Assembly (NCBI GenBank): GCA_963677925.2
Contig: CAXXYH010000003.1
Coordinates: forward strand, 800,001-864,000
From: Spirochaetia bacterium
Lineage (GTDB): Bacteria; Spirochaetota; Spirochaetia; UBA9216
Length of the DNA stretch: 64,000 nucleotides
Reading direction: 5' to 3'
Both the position numbers and the translations under genes were made by a program. A model generated the notes under the pieces. It was not told the origin of the DNA. It saw only the letters and a list, made by a program, of their open reading frames with translations, and did no database searches. Positions 41,710-51,970 of the stretch are shown here, in pieces (the stretch's first letter is position 1; the number at the start of each line of letters is the position of its first letter).

Positions 41710-42954
41710 ATGTCACGAAGAGTAGTAATTACAGGACTTGGTACAGTAAACCCCTTAGGCCATAATGTGGCTGAATTATGGGATGGAATAACACATGAAA
41801 AATGCGGTATCGGTCCGCTTACAAGAATCGATGCAACCGAATTTGCAACAAAAATTGCCGGTGAGGTAAAAGATTTTAAGCCCGGTGATTTCATGGACAG
41901 CAAGGATGCCAGAAAAATGGCACTCTGTACACAGTTTGCAGTTGCTGCAGCCGGTGAAGCTATCAGAGATGCCGGACTTACTGAGGGCAGCTTTGATCCG
42001 GACAGAGTAGGAACCATTATAGGTAACGGTATCGGAGGTTTCGAGGTTACAGAAGCCGGACACAAGGCGATTTTTGAAAAGGGTCCGTCAAGAACCCCTC
42101 CCATGACTATACCCAAGCTCATAAGCAATGAGGTTCCCGGAAACATAGCAATTACATACGGACTTAAGGGACCATGCTGGGTTGTAACAACAGCCTGTGC
42201 ATCCGGTACTGATGCAATCGGAAATGCTTATATGACCATTCAGGCTGACAGGGCCGATATCGTTGTTGCAGGCGGGTCAGAAGCCAGCATCACTCAGCTT
42301 GGTGTTTCCGGATTCAACGTAATCGGGGCATTAAGTACAAAGAGAAACGATGATCCCCAGAAAGCAAGCCGCCCCTTCGACAACGACAGAGACGGATTCG
42401 TACTTGCAGAAGGTGCAGGGGTCCTGATCCTTGAAGAACTTGAGCATGCAAAAGCACGCGGTGCAAAAATCTATGCAGAGCTTGTCGGATACGGAAACAC
42501 ATGTGACGCATATCATCTTACAGCACCGGATTCAGAAGGAACAGGCGCTGTAAAGGCAATGAAGATAGCATTAAAAGATGCAGGAATGAAGCCCGAGGAC
42601 ATTGACTACATCAATGCTCATGGAACTTCAACTCCTACCAACGATCCTATTGAAACTCTTGCTATCAAGACAGCATTCGGAGATCATGCAAAGAAGCTCA
42701 AAGTTTCATCTACAAAGGGAATGACAGGACATATGATTGGTGCTGCCGGTGCAGTTGAAGCAATCATTGGAGTTAAGGCAATAACCGAGGGATTTTACCC
42801 TGCGACTATTAATCTTGACGAGCCGGATCCTGCATGTGACCTGGATTATGTACCGAACAAGGGCGTTAAGGGAAATATTAATGCTGTAATGTCCAATTCG
42901 CTTGGATTCGGCGGACATAACGCTATAATTATAATTAAGAAGTATTCAGAATAA
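41710..42954 (+). CDS. fabF: 3-oxoacyl-ACP synthase II
   Basis: TACASG, NAHGTST, GHMIGAAG, GFGGHN. Confidence 0.96.
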   Translation: MSRRVVITGLGTVNPLGHNVAELWDGITHEKCGIGPLTRIDATEFATKIAGEVKDFKPGDFMDSKDARKMALCTQFAVAAAGEAIRDAGLTEGSFDPDRVGTIIGNGIGGFEVTEAGHKAIFEKGPSRTPPMTIPKLISNEVPGNIAITYGLKGPCWVVTTACASGTDAIGNAYMTIQADRADIVVAGGSEASITQLGVSGFNVIGALSTKRNDDPQKASRPFDNDRDGFVLAEGAGVLILEELEHAKARGAKIYAELVGYGNTCDAYHLTAPDSEGTGAVKAMKIALKDAGMKPEDIDYINAHGTSTPTNDPIETLAIKTAFGDHAKKLKVSSTKGMTGHMIGAAGAVEAIIGVKAITEGFYPATINLDEPDPACDLDYVPNKGVKGNINAVMSNSLGFGGHNAIIIIKKYSE

Positions 42955-42965
42955 CAGGAGTTGCA

Positions 42966-43397
42966 ATGTCTGCAGAAATTGAAAAACTGCTTCCGCACCG
43001 TGATCCCTTCCTTTTTGTTGATTCAGTAGATATCACAGAAGACGGAAAGATTATCGGTTACCGGACTTTTACTGATAAAGAATTTTTCTTCAAGGGACAC
43101 TTCCCCCAGTACGCTGTAGTACCGGGGGTTATCCTTGTGGAAACAATGGCTCAGGCCGGCGGTGCCGGAGTGGGCAAATCAGGTCAGCTTGGAGAAGGCA
43201 AACTTTTCTTTCTGGCCACGGTAGATAAAACAAAATTCCGAAGACAGGTCAGACCGAACGAAACGGTAAGGCTTGAAATCGAGAACGTCAGAATTTCCGG
43301 CGCAATGATCAAGCAGTCAGGCAAGGCCTATGTGGGTGATGAGCTTGCTGCTGAAGCATCATGGATGTGCCTTGTTGGAAGTGCTGATAATTTATAG
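42966..43397 (+). CDS. fabZ: 3-hydroxyacyl-ACP dehydratase
   Basis: LPHRDPFLFVD, GHFP...PGVILVETMAQ. Confidence 0.95.
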   Translation: MSAEIEKLLPHRDPFLFVDSVDITEDGKIIGYRTFTDKEFFFKGHFPQYAVVPGVILVETMAQAGGAGVGKSGQLGEGKLFFLATVDKTKFRRQVRPNETVRLEIENVRISGAMIKQSGKAYVGDELAAEASWMCLVGSADNL

Positions 43398-43410
43398 GGA
43401 CTGAAAAGCA

Positions 43411-44586
43411 TTGATTATTACACCCAGAATCAGAAATAATGTCTGCCTCACCGCACATCCGGACGGATGCGCTGCTGAGGTCAGGCGCCAGATAGATTAT
43501 ATTAAGAGTCTTAATCTCGAAAAAGGTCCGTCAAACGTACTGGTAATCGGTTCATCTACAGGCTACGGCCTGGCCTGCCGTATTGCAGCAGCTTTCGGGT
43601 ACGGAGCCGGAACCGTCGGTGTCTTCTTTGAAAAGGAAGGAACTGAAACACGGCCCGGAACCCCGGGGTACTACAATATGAGAAGCTTTGATGAAGAGGC
43701 AGCAAAAGCGGGTCTTTTTTCGGTGAGCATAAACGGCGACGCTTTTTCAAATGAACTTAAACAAACCACAATTGACGCAATTAAACAGGGGCCGGGAAAG
43801 GTTGACCTTGTTATCTACAGCCTTGCTTCGGGTGTCAGGGTTGATCCTGCTGACGGTGTTATGTACCGATCAGCACTTAAGCCGCTTTCCGAAACCTACC
43901 GCTCACGTGCTCTGGATACAATGAGCGGAAGGATAACCTCAATGGAGATTGAACCGGCGGTGGCTGATGAAGCTTCAAGCACTGTTAAAGTAATGGGCGG
44001 AGAGGATTGGAAGCTTTGGATTGATGCGCTTCTGGATGCAGATGTTCTCTCGGAGGGCGCAAAGACCGTAGCTTTTTCATATATAGGGCCTGAAATGACC
44101 CAGCCTATTTACAGAAACGGGACCATTGGACTTGCCAAAAAGGATCTGGAAAAGACAGCCGGAGTTATCGACAGTCTTTTATCAGAGAAGCTCGACGGCA
44201 GGGCGTGGACCTCTGTAAATAAGGCTCTTGTTACCAGGGCTGCAGCCGTTATTCCGGCTATTTCACTGTACATAGCAATTCTGTTTAAAGTGATGAAGGA
44301 AAAGGGGCTGCATGAAGGCTGTATTGAGCAGGCCGGAAGACTGTTCCGTGACAGACTTTACAGCTGCGATGGTTCGGTTGCAGTTGACAGCGAAGGAAGA
44401 ATCAGAATTGACGATCTTGAAATGCGTGATGAGATCCAGAATGAGGTAAAACGCCGCTGGGAAATTGTCAGTGATGATAATATAGAAGCATTAAGCGATA
44501 TAAGCGGATATCATGCCGATTTCATGCAGATGCATGGATTTGAAGTTCCGGGTGTAGACTACACAAAAGAGGTTGACAATCTGTAG
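43411..44586 (+). CDS. fabV: Enoyl-ACP/trans-2-enoyl-CoA reductase FabV
   Basis: AHPDGC, GSSTGYGLA, VMGGEDW, YRNGTIGLAK, GLHEGCIEQ. Confidence 0.93.
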   Translation: MIITPRIRNNVCLTAHPDGCAAEVRRQIDYIKSLNLEKGPSNVLVIGSSTGYGLACRIAAAFGYGAGTVGVFFEKEGTETRPGTPGYYNMRSFDEEAAKAGLFSVSINGDAFSNELKQTTIDAIKQGPGKVDLVIYSLASGVRVDPADGVMYRSALKPLSETYRSRALDTMSGRITSMEIEPAVADEASSTVKVMGGEDWKLWIDALLDADVLSEGAKTVAFSYIGPEMTQPIYRNGTIGLAKKDLEKTAGVIDSLLSEKLDGRAWTSVNKALVTRAAAVIPAISLYIAILFKVMKEKGLHEGCIEQAGRLFRDRLYSCDGSVAVDSEGRIRIDDLEMRDEIQNEVKRRWEIVSDDNIEALSDISGYHADFMQMHGFEVPGVDYTKEVDNL

Positions 44587-44629
44587 AAAGGTATCTGCAG
44601 ATTTTTTAAGCAGTATATGTAATTTTAGC

Positions 44630-44658
44630 GCCGGCAGTTTTTCTGCCGGCTTTTTTTT
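44630..44658 (+). terminator. Terminator of the fab operon
   Basis: GCCGGCAG-ttttt-CTGCCGGC-T8. Confidence 0.85.
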
Positions 44659-44670
44659 CAACCGGCCGAA

Positions 44671-45483
44671 TTACAGTTCTTCAATAAGTTCGCAGGTATT
44701 ATCTTCAATCCAGGCTTTTTCACCGTTGATGAATTGAGCAAGAATCCAGCCGGGTCTTTTCTGAACGACTGTGAATTCTGCTCCTTCATAAAGAGGTGTA
44801 TCAAATACCGATTCATAGCTCCGGCTGTCGCCAAGCCGGCCTTCTGTTGATTCTGCAGTTATAACTCCATGTCTTTTTCTGCTTTCCTTAAAATCCAGAT
44901 ATCCTGAAATTCCGAATACGATAAATACAATTACTGCGGCAGCAGTAAGGGCAGGAAGTCTTCGTCCAAACAGTCTAAGGCCAAAAAGCAGCCATATCGT
45001 GAGGTTAGCAATTATCATAATAATAATTTTTACAATGATCGGCAGATTAAAATGCCAGAAAAATATTACTTTAGTAAGCTTATTTTCGCTGTCGATGGTA
45101 AATCTGTTTTTCTGCAGGCTTCTTGCATATTCCAGATTTGAACGAATCTGATTGTCTGCCGGAGAATACAGCAGCGCCCTTCTGTAATTGAGAACAGCCT
45201 TCCCTATCTTTCCGAGTCGGAACCAGGCATTTCCTGTATTATAGTATATTCCCGAATTTCTAATACCCATTTCAGTAATTGAATTATAGTTTAGAACTGC
45301 TTCTGAATATTTTTCTTTTGATAGCGCAGGGTTTGAGTCCATCAGGGAGTTACCTTCAGCAAAGGCGGTTTCAGCTCTTTCCAGGAGAACCTGAGTATCA
45401 GCACTCTCAGAAGCAGAAAGATTTCCTGTAATCACAGCAGTAAAAAGGAGTATATAAAATAATAGGTTCACAGCTTTCTTCAT
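44671..45483 (-). CDS. batE: BatE-like TPR + SH3-like protein
   Basis: YYNTGNAWFRLGKIGKAVLNYRRA TPR, TM pair, C-terminal LYEGAEF...W; last gene of the bat operon. Confidence 0.78.
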   Translation of the reverse strand: MKKAVNLLFYILLFTAVITGNLSASESADTQVLLERAETAFAEGNSLMDSNPALSKEKYSEAVLNYNSITEMGIRNSGIYYNTGNAWFRLGKIGKAVLNYRRALLYSPADNQIRSNLEYARSLQKNRFTIDSENKLTKVIFFWHFNLPIIVKIIIMIIANLTIWLLFGLRLFGRRLPALTAAAVIVFIVFGISGYLDFKESRKRHGVITAESTEGRLGDSRSYESVFDTPLYEGAEFTVVQKRPGWILAQFINGEKAWIEDNTCELIEEL

Positions 45484-47225
45484 GATTTCACTCCTGCCTT
45501 TTCCAGCTTTCCAATCAGAGAAAATACAGCAGCCCCGGCTTCTGTAGAGGTAATATGTCTCCCGCCGTACAGTACAGCTTGAATAACAGATAATTCATCC
45601 GCAATATTATGCTCATCATCAGAATCACCATAATCCATTAGAAAACCATCAAGCGTTCTGATAAAACTCTTCAGATATAAAACCGGTTCTTTTATTGCAG
45701 CCTTTTCCGCATCCTTTCTCATTTTCTTAAGAGCCTTTCTTCGGTCAAGATTATTTACCGCATTCTGTCTGAACTGGGGCACAAAAACCATGACTATTAA
45801 AACAGCGAAAAAAACAGCCGGAGGAATAATCAGCAGAAGCAGGATAGATATTATAGAAGATTGTTCTGACAAAAATGGACGGCTGTTTTCAAGCAGTTCG
45901 ACGCCTGTGTAATTGTAGTAAATACCCTCTTTCTTTTTATCAGTTACAACCTTATTGTTTTCATTTTCAGCTGAATCACCTTCAAGATCTCCTGCAGTCA
46001 CGGTCCTTGTTTCAAGAACTTCCAGCGGCAGAGCATCGGTCTCCGCGTAGCGGTATTCACCTGAATTGGTGTCAAAATAGCTGAAGCGTATCTGCGGAAT
46101 ATATTTCAGGTCCGGATCAGTAATCCTTATCGTCTGGGTAACGGACCGGCTTCGTGCTCCGGTCTTTCCAGCCGCCCTTGTATCAGGGATATCAATGCCG
46201 CTGCCCAGGTAACCAGTCAGAGGAGGAATACCTATATCGGTATTATTCATCCCGCTTACATTTAGACTGAGAGTAATTGGATCTCCAAGATGAACAGAAA
46301 GAGGTTCTGCACTGATATTAAGCCTGATATCTCCTGATAATCCGAAAAAATCGACCGGTTTTCCTTTTTCCGGAAACGGAAGGACATTGAGCACTGCAGC
46401 ATCTCCAGGTATTACAAACTTCCCGTAAACTTCCTGCCTCTGTACTCTTCCGAAAAAGTCATGGACGTTCTGATATCCGGTAACAGCCTCAAAGACCGCA
46501 GTTGAATTATTAAATTCAATGCTCCCTGTCTGCCCCGGACGAATCATAAGTTCTGCAGTAAGGCCCGCAACACCTCCCCGGTCGTCCCTTTCAAAAATAA
46601 CCGGACTGTCATTGATATCAAGTTCATACATTTCACTGTTTCCGGAAGGTTCAAGCGCCCGGTACTCCATTTCATTAAGTTCCGGAATTCTGATTGAAAG
46701 CGAACGCAGACTGGACTTATAACGGAAATGAACTTTTAAAGAAACCTCCTCATTTAGATAGACAATCCCTCTGTCGACATTCAACTGAAGGTAAAAATCA
46801 TCGGATTTTTCAGGCTCTTTCACCGTAAAGGATACCGGATTTGAAGAAAGAAGCTGCCCGTCAATATTAGCTGTTATAGAAGGTACTGTAAAAATTCCTG
46901 TCTTTACAGGTGTAAGCTTATATGAATAAACATAAGCAAGCTTTACATTCTGTGTTACCTTTCCATTAATACTGGTTACTGACCGGCTGCTTCTGACTGT
47001 TCCGCCTAGCGGGGAAATTGTAATTCCCTGAATTGCCAAATCGGGTGCAATCTGCTCTTCACTTCCCTGCAGATAAAGATTCAGCCTCACAGAATCACCA
47101 AGCCATATTTCAGTGTCTTCAAGTTCAGCTGATAATGATAGAGTCTGTGCAAATAGAGAAGCCGCGGCAGTGAAGAAAATCAATAAGACGATGTATTTAA
47201 ATATATTACCAGTCTTTATCTGCAT
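45480..47225 (-). CDS. batD: BatD-family protein
   Basis: SVTSING, GIFTVPS, VLPFPEKGKP, FSYFD, one late TM; start uncertain. Confidence 0.82.
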   Translation of the reverse strand: MQIKTGNIFKYIVLLIFFTAAASLFAQTLSLSAELEDTEIWLGDSVRLNLYLQGSEEQIAPDLAIQGITISPLGGTVRSSRSVTSINGKVTQNVKLAYVYSYKLTPVKTGIFTVPSITANIDGQLLSSNPVSFTVKEPEKSDDFYLQLNVDRGIVYLNEEVSLKVHFRYKSSLRSLSIRIPELNEMEYRALEPSGNSEMYELDINDSPVIFERDDRGGVAGLTAELMIRPGQTGSIEFNNSTAVFEAVTGYQNVHDFFGRVQRQEVYGKFVIPGDAAVLNVLPFPEKGKPVDFFGLSGDIRLNISAEPLSVHLGDPITLSLNVSGMNNTDIGIPPLTGYLGSGIDIPDTRAAGKTGARSRSVTQTIRITDPDLKYIPQIRFSYFDTNSGEYRYAETDALPLEVLETRTVTAGDLEGDSAENENNKVVTDKKKEGIYYNYTGVELLENSRPFLSEQSSIISILLLLIIPPAVFFAVLIVMVFVPQFRQNAVNNLDRRKALKKMRKDAEKAAIKEPVLYLKSFIRTLDGFLMDYGDSDDEHNIADELSVIQAVLYGGRHITSTEAGAAVFSLIGKLEKAGVKS

Positions 47226-48114
47226 TTCGTATGCCCCCGGTTTTATCAAGTCTGTTCTTCATTGCCTCATACTCCGATTCCATATCAAGGATGTCCTCAG
47301 CCTCGCCCTGCTGCTCATTCATAGCCGCAGCCTGAGCAAGAGCCTGTTCCGCTGCCTTCTGATGCTCTATTGCCTCTGCCCTGTCACCCTGCGCCAAAGC
47401 TTTGACTGCTTCTTCCTGTTCGGAAGCCGCCTTTTCAAGCTGTTGTGAGGTTTCACTGCTGCTGCCGGCCGCGCCCGAAGTTTCATTCTGAAGTTCTTTC
47501 TGCTGCTGCGCGAGATTGCTGTCGGAGCCCTCCCCCTGTTCGGTCCGCCTGGTAATTTCCTGCTGACGATCAAGCAGTTCACCAGGGTCGGTGCTTCCGC
47601 TATTAGAAGACTGGCCTGATCCGGTATCCTGTTTATCTGCGGAGGACTGTCCGGAATTCTGTTCTTCAGCCTGCTCCTGTTTTTGATTTTCTCCGGACTG
47701 CTGCTCATCCCCTTCGGACTGATTCTGCTGTTGGTTCTCTTGCTGCATCTGCTCCTGAAGCTGCTTCAGGCGGCTGTTAACAACTTCAAGGTTCTTTCGT
47801 GCATTGAACTGAACATCCGGCGGCAGAGCACCAAGCTCAACAGCCCGTTTGAGTGAGCTGAATGCATCTTTAAGCAGCCGCTCTTTTTCTCCAGTATCCT
47901 CAGCCTGATCTGCAAGAATCGCCTGACTTGTGCCGAGGTTGTAGTAGCCTGCAGCACTGATGCCGGGGTCTTCAGAAGCAGCCGAATTCCGGAACTCCTC
48001 AACCAGGTCCTGAACATGCTGCGCCTCAATGCTCTCCGGCTCCTGAGAACCACCTGCGGAAAGCGGAATAACAATTAGAATCAGAAATGCAAAAAGCAGA
48101 TAAAAGTTTCTCAT
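47206..48114 (-). CDS. batC: BatC-like TPR protein with Gln-rich linker
   Basis: YYNLG, ARKNLE, Q/E-rich low complexity, terminal DKDW. Confidence 0.7.
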   Translation of the reverse strand: MRNFYLLFAFLILIVIPLSAGGSQEPESIEAQHVQDLVEEFRNSAASEDPGISAAGYYNLGTSQAILADQAEDTGEKERLLKDAFSSLKRAVELGALPPDVQFNARKNLEVVNSRLKQLQEQMQQENQQQNQSEGDEQQSGENQKQEQAEEQNSGQSSADKQDTGSGQSSNSGSTDPGELLDRQQEITRRTEQGEGSDSNLAQQQKELQNETSGAAGSSSETSQQLEKAASEQEEAVKALAQGDRAEAIEHQKAAEQALAQAAAMNEQQGEAEDILDMESEYEAMKNRLDKTGGIRNADKDW

Positions 48115-49139
48115 GACCTTCTCTCCCAATACCGGACAGGAAGTATAAGGCCGAAAAGATATACAAGCACCATAACAACAGCCGGAAGCAGAAAGTATTG
48201 AAAATCCTCCTCATGTACCACAGAGGTTTCATCTTCTATAAATCGCTTTTCCTGTGAGTTAATCAGAGAAGAATAAATTTCACCAAGATCAAAGTTACCG
48301 GTTGATACATTGAGATATCGGCCTCCTGTAGTTTTAGAAACCATAGTCCTGAGCATATCCGCATCAAGACGGCTCCATATTTCACGTCCATCATATGTCA
48401 TAAAAACCTGCTCACCGTTCTCATCTGTAACAGGAATACGCCTTCCAGTGTTTTCATCACCAAGTCCTATGGCAATAAGCCGGATGTTGTTTTCTCCAAG
48501 CATTTCGGCAGCTTTTACAGGGAAGCTCTCCTGATCCTCGCCGTCTGTAATAAGGATTATATCGCGGTATCCTCCATTGCTGTCAGTTAAAACTTCATCC
48601 ACGGTTTTACGGAGGGCATCACCTATCATACTTCCCCCCACTGAGACAGAATCAGGCGACAGTTCATCAACAGCCTGTCTGAAAAAACTGTAATCAAGTG
48701 TAAGCGGACATTTAATTACCGAACTGCCGGCAAAAGCAACTAGGCCGACCCTATCACCGTCTATCACCGAAAGAGCATCAAGTATTGCAAGTCTTGCCCT
48801 GGCCAGCCGGTTCGGGTAGAGATCTTCTGCAAGCATACTTCTCGATACATCAACCACAAAGACAACGTCACGGCCCTTACGTGATACTGTTACTTCTTTC
48901 TGGCTCCAGCTCGGCCGGGCAATTGCGAGAACGGCAAGCACCAGCCCCAGGCTTAAAACGATCACAAGGCTGAAGCGGGTTCTGCGGCTGCTGTGCAGAC
49001 GGGTACTGTATCGGGGTAAAACAGTTCTTATAAGCTGCCCGTTTCTTAAAAATCCCCAGAAGGCTGCTGCTGCTGCTGCAAGCGGAAGCCATATATAGAT
49101 AAGAGATTCCGGAGCAAGAAACTGAAAATTTTCAATCAT
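48111..49139 (-). CDS. batB: VWA-domain protein BatB
   Basis: DVSRSM (MIDAS), PNRL, DRVGLVAFAG, TDGE. Confidence 0.88.
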   Translation of the reverse strand: MIENFQFLAPESLIYIWLPLAAAAAAFWGFLRNGQLIRTVLPRYSTRLHSSRRTRFSLVIVLSLGLVLAVLAIARPSWSQKEVTVSRKGRDVVFVVDVSRSMLAEDLYPNRLARARLAILDALSVIDGDRVGLVAFAGSSVIKCPLTLDYSFFRQAVDELSPDSVSVGGSMIGDALRKTVDEVLTDSNGGYRDIILITDGEDQESFPVKAAEMLGENNIRLIAIGLGDENTGRRIPVTDENGEQVFMTYDGREIWSRLDADMLRTMVSKTTGGRYLNVSTGNFDLGEIYSSLINSQEKRFIEDETSVVHEEDFQYFLLPAVVMVLVYLFGLILPVRYWERRS

Positions 49140-50218
49140 CAGGAAATCCTCCTGAATACGGTATTATCCAGCACAGCGCCGGCAGCGAGAAATATTATTC
49201 CCGCAATCGCAAATAGATAGAAAAGTTCACGGTAACGGTATTCTGAAACTGAAATTATTTCGGACTTTTCCATACTGTCTATCTCTTCGTAGACAGCTTT
49301 AAGATCCTCGGGTGTGTCTGCCTCAAAGTAAGCTCCACCGGAAATTTCAGCAATCTTTTTTAGTGTAGCGGAATCAACTGCAGAACCGACAGGAACACGC
49401 CGGGAACCGAAGAGGCTGCTCATCTGATAGTAGGCATCACCGCCGAACCCGATTGCATAGATTTTAATACCCCAGTCTGCTGCAAGTTCTGCAGCTTCAC
49501 GTGGTGAGTATTTACCGCCGTTATTTTCCCCGTCGGTAAGAAGCACTATTATCCTGCTTTTAATTTCATATCCGTTAGATGAATCATTGTTGCTGTTTAC
49601 AGTTTTGAGCCTTGCTGAAGCAAGCGCTATGGCATCACCTATCGAAGTACCATCCTCCTCTTTTGTAGTTACAGTATCGAGATTCCTAATAAAATCTGAA
49701 ACAACATCATGAGAAAGGGAAAGAGGAGCCAGCGTATCAGCATATTTGGCGAAAGCCACCAGCCCGAGCATATCATCAGGTCTGCCGGAAAGAGTTTTAC
49801 CATCCCCCTGAATAAAATCCAGGATATTCTGCTTCACTACATCAATTCTTCTGACATAGGAGCCGCCCTTTTCTACTTCAGCAGCCATACTTCCGCTGCG
49901 ATCAATAACAAGCTCTGCAGCAATACCGCTTGTCACCTTGCGACTTTCATCAAGTCTTTCCCTCGGCCGGGCAAGAGCAATAATCAGCAGAATGCTTCCC
50001 GTAAGTGCAAAGAATACAGGAAGCCACAAAAAAGCCTGCCGCAATGTAATCATCGAGCTGTCAATGATACCTGTATCCGGGAAAGGCAGGCCTCGTCTGT
50101 GCGGCCGGGAATGCTGACGACCGTCACGCCGCAGCTTCATACTGCTTAATATTTTTAGAAACAATGCCAGTACGGGAAAGGCCAGCAGAAAAAGAGCCTG
50201 AGGAGATTCAAAGTTCAT
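49139..50218 (-). CDS. batA: VWA-domain protein BatA
   Basis: ALARP, DRSGSM, GTSIGDAI, LLTDGENN. Confidence 0.88.
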   Translation of the reverse strand: MNFESPQALFLLAFPVLALFLKILSSMKLRRDGRQHSRPHRRGLPFPDTGIIDSSMITLRQAFLWLPVFFALTGSILLIIALARPRERLDESRKVTSGIAAELVIDRSGSMAAEVEKGGSYVRRIDVVKQNILDFIQGDGKTLSGRPDDMLGLVAFAKYADTLAPLSLSHDVVSDFIRNLDTVTTKEEDGTSIGDAIALASARLKTVNSNNDSSNGYEIKSRIIVLLTDGENNGGKYSPREAAELAADWGIKIYAIGFGGDAYYQMSSLFGSRRVPVGSAVDSATLKKIAEISGGAYFEADTPEDLKAVYEEIDSMEKSEIISVSEYRYRELFYLFAIAGIIFLAAGAVLDNTVFRRIS

Positions 50219-51086
50219 CTATCACATCTCCTTCAAGCAGTTCAAATATTTCTCGTATTAATGCGTCTGCGCGGCCTGCGGGTAATCCGTCCCTTGAAAA
50301 AGATGCAGCATACAGTTCATTACTGAATTTTTCCCTGATCAGACCAGAAGTGCAGAAGTCTGATTTTTCAATAAGTCTTCTCAAAAAGATAAGAGCTTCT
50401 TTTGACTCCGAAATCAAATCCTGTGAAATATACAGTTTTTTAAACTCTTCGATTTGCTGTTCAAAAGTTGGTACCGAAGGTTCTTTCCTCTGTCTGTTTT
50501 TTCTTACTTTCATAAAAATAATTACGGAGGCTGACAGAAGAATAAAAACAGCAGGGAAAACAAGCAACATCATGCTTTTTCTTCTGCCGCTATCTTCAGG
50601 GATATAAACCGGAGCCAGGCTGTCCCGGCTTTCATCACCGCTGAATGCAGATTTAAAATCAATACTGAAAGGATCGGTTGTAATATCGTTGCTGAAGCGT
50701 ACAGTCATTGAAGGAAAAACTGCAGGCCCCGGGAACTGTGCTTCAAGTGAAAAGATAATTGTACTTAGAACCTGTCCTTCACCGTCATACACCGGTTCCG
50801 ATTCAATCACTTCTGTCAGTACCGAATTAGAGCCGGCGGAATCTTCAGATTTTCCAGGAAGCAGTATGTAATGTTCATTCTCCGGGTATCTAAGTTCCAG
50901 CCTTATCTCTGCTGTATCTCCAAACCAGAGGTTTTCTGTCGGCAGGAACATTTCAACGGTGCATCTGCCGCTTTGATATGTTTCAGAAGAGGTAGATAGC
51001 GTTTTTGAATCAACTGGTGAGTTTGAGCACGAAAGAAGAGTAACTGCAGATATACCCAATATGAATATCATGCTGCGGAGTTTCAT
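50208..51086 (-). CDS. Bat-operon hypothetical lipoprotein with a C-terminal TM segment
   Basis: Lipobox LLSC; translationally coupled between the DUF58 gene and batA. Confidence 0.65.
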   Translation of the reverse strand: MKLRSMIFILGISAVTLLSCSNSPVDSKTLSTSSETYQSGRCTVEMFLPTENLWFGDTAEIRLELRYPENEHYILLPGKSEDSAGSNSVLTEVIESEPVYDGEGQVLSTIIFSLEAQFPGPAVFPSMTVRFSNDITTDPFSIDFKSAFSGDESRDSLAPVYIPEDSGRRKSMMLLVFPAVFILLSASVIIFMKVRKNRQRKEPSVPTFEQQIEEFKKLYISQDLISESKEALIFLRRLIEKSDFCTSGLIREKFSNELYAASFSRDGLPAGRADALIREIFELLEGDVIDEL

Positions 51087-51967
51087 CGACGGGCCTCCCT
51101 CTGCAGAAAAAACTTTGAAAGGCTATGTATATATTCTTTTGAAAGATCAATCTCAAGAAAATCACAGCCGTATTTCCTGAAGCGGTCCCGCAGCCCGGCC
51201 AGACGCTTATTAAACTTTTCAGTATAGGACTTCCGTACCCGCAAGCTTGTTGTATCGACAGTTATCATTCTTCCTGTTTCAAGGTCCGACATTTCAAGCA
51301 GACCGCAGGAGGGAAGTTCCCGCTCCAGAGGATCATAAAGGTAGAAGCTTACAATATCATGCTTAAGTGATGCGACTTTGAGCTGATCAAGAAATCCTTC
51401 ATCATAATAATCAGACAGGATAAAAACTACGCTTCTGCGGTGTGCAACTCTGCCAAGATAGTCAAGGGCTGCTTTTATGGAAGTACCGCGGTTCTGGGGC
51501 TTATGTGCCAGCATTTCCCTTACCATGTGCATTGTATGCGTCATTCCCTTCGAAGGCGGAATAAAAAGCTCCGGCTGGTCACTGAACAGAAGAAGAGCGG
51601 TACGGTCATTATTCTGAGAAGCGGAAAAAGACAGTATTGAAACAATTTCTGCAGCAACCTCGGCACGACTTTTATTCCTGCTTCCAAAATCCGAGGATGA
51701 AGAGATATCGACAAGAAAATAAACCGAAAGTTCCCTTTCCTCACGGTAGCGCTTTATATGAGGAAATCCTGTCCTAGCCGTTACATTCCAGTCAATCGCT
51801 CTGATTTCATCTCCAGGCTGGTATTCTCTTACCTCTTCAAACTCAAGGCCCTCTCCCTTGAAGGCGCTTTCAAACTCACCGGCAAAAAGTGATGTAACCG
51901 ACTGCCGTGTTAAAATCCTGATGAGTTCTACCTTTTTGAGAATTTCCTTATCTATCGATGCAGACAT
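51083..51967 (-). CDS. DUF58-family protein (MoxR associated)
   Basis: GLEFEEVREYQPGDEIRAIDWNVTAR, REERE. Confidence 0.92.
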   Translation of the reverse strand: MSASIDKEILKKVELIRILTRQSVTSLFAGEFESAFKGEGLEFEEVREYQPGDEIRAIDWNVTARTGFPHIKRYREERELSVYFLVDISSSSDFGSRNKSRAEVAAEIVSILSFSASQNNDRTALLLFSDQPELFIPPSKGMTHTMHMVREMLAHKPQNRGTSIKAALDYLGRVAHRRSVVFILSDYYDEGFLDQLKVASLKHDIVSFYLYDPLERELPSCGLLEMSDLETGRMITVDTTSLRVRKSYTEKFNKRLAGLRDRFRKYGCDFLEIDLSKEYIHSLSKFFLQREARR

Positions 51968-51970
51968 AAT

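Noticed and set aside
47340-47770. CAG/GAG-rich low-complexity stretch
   Set aside because: Ordinary Gln/Glu-rich linker of BatC-like proteins, not a DNA repeat element
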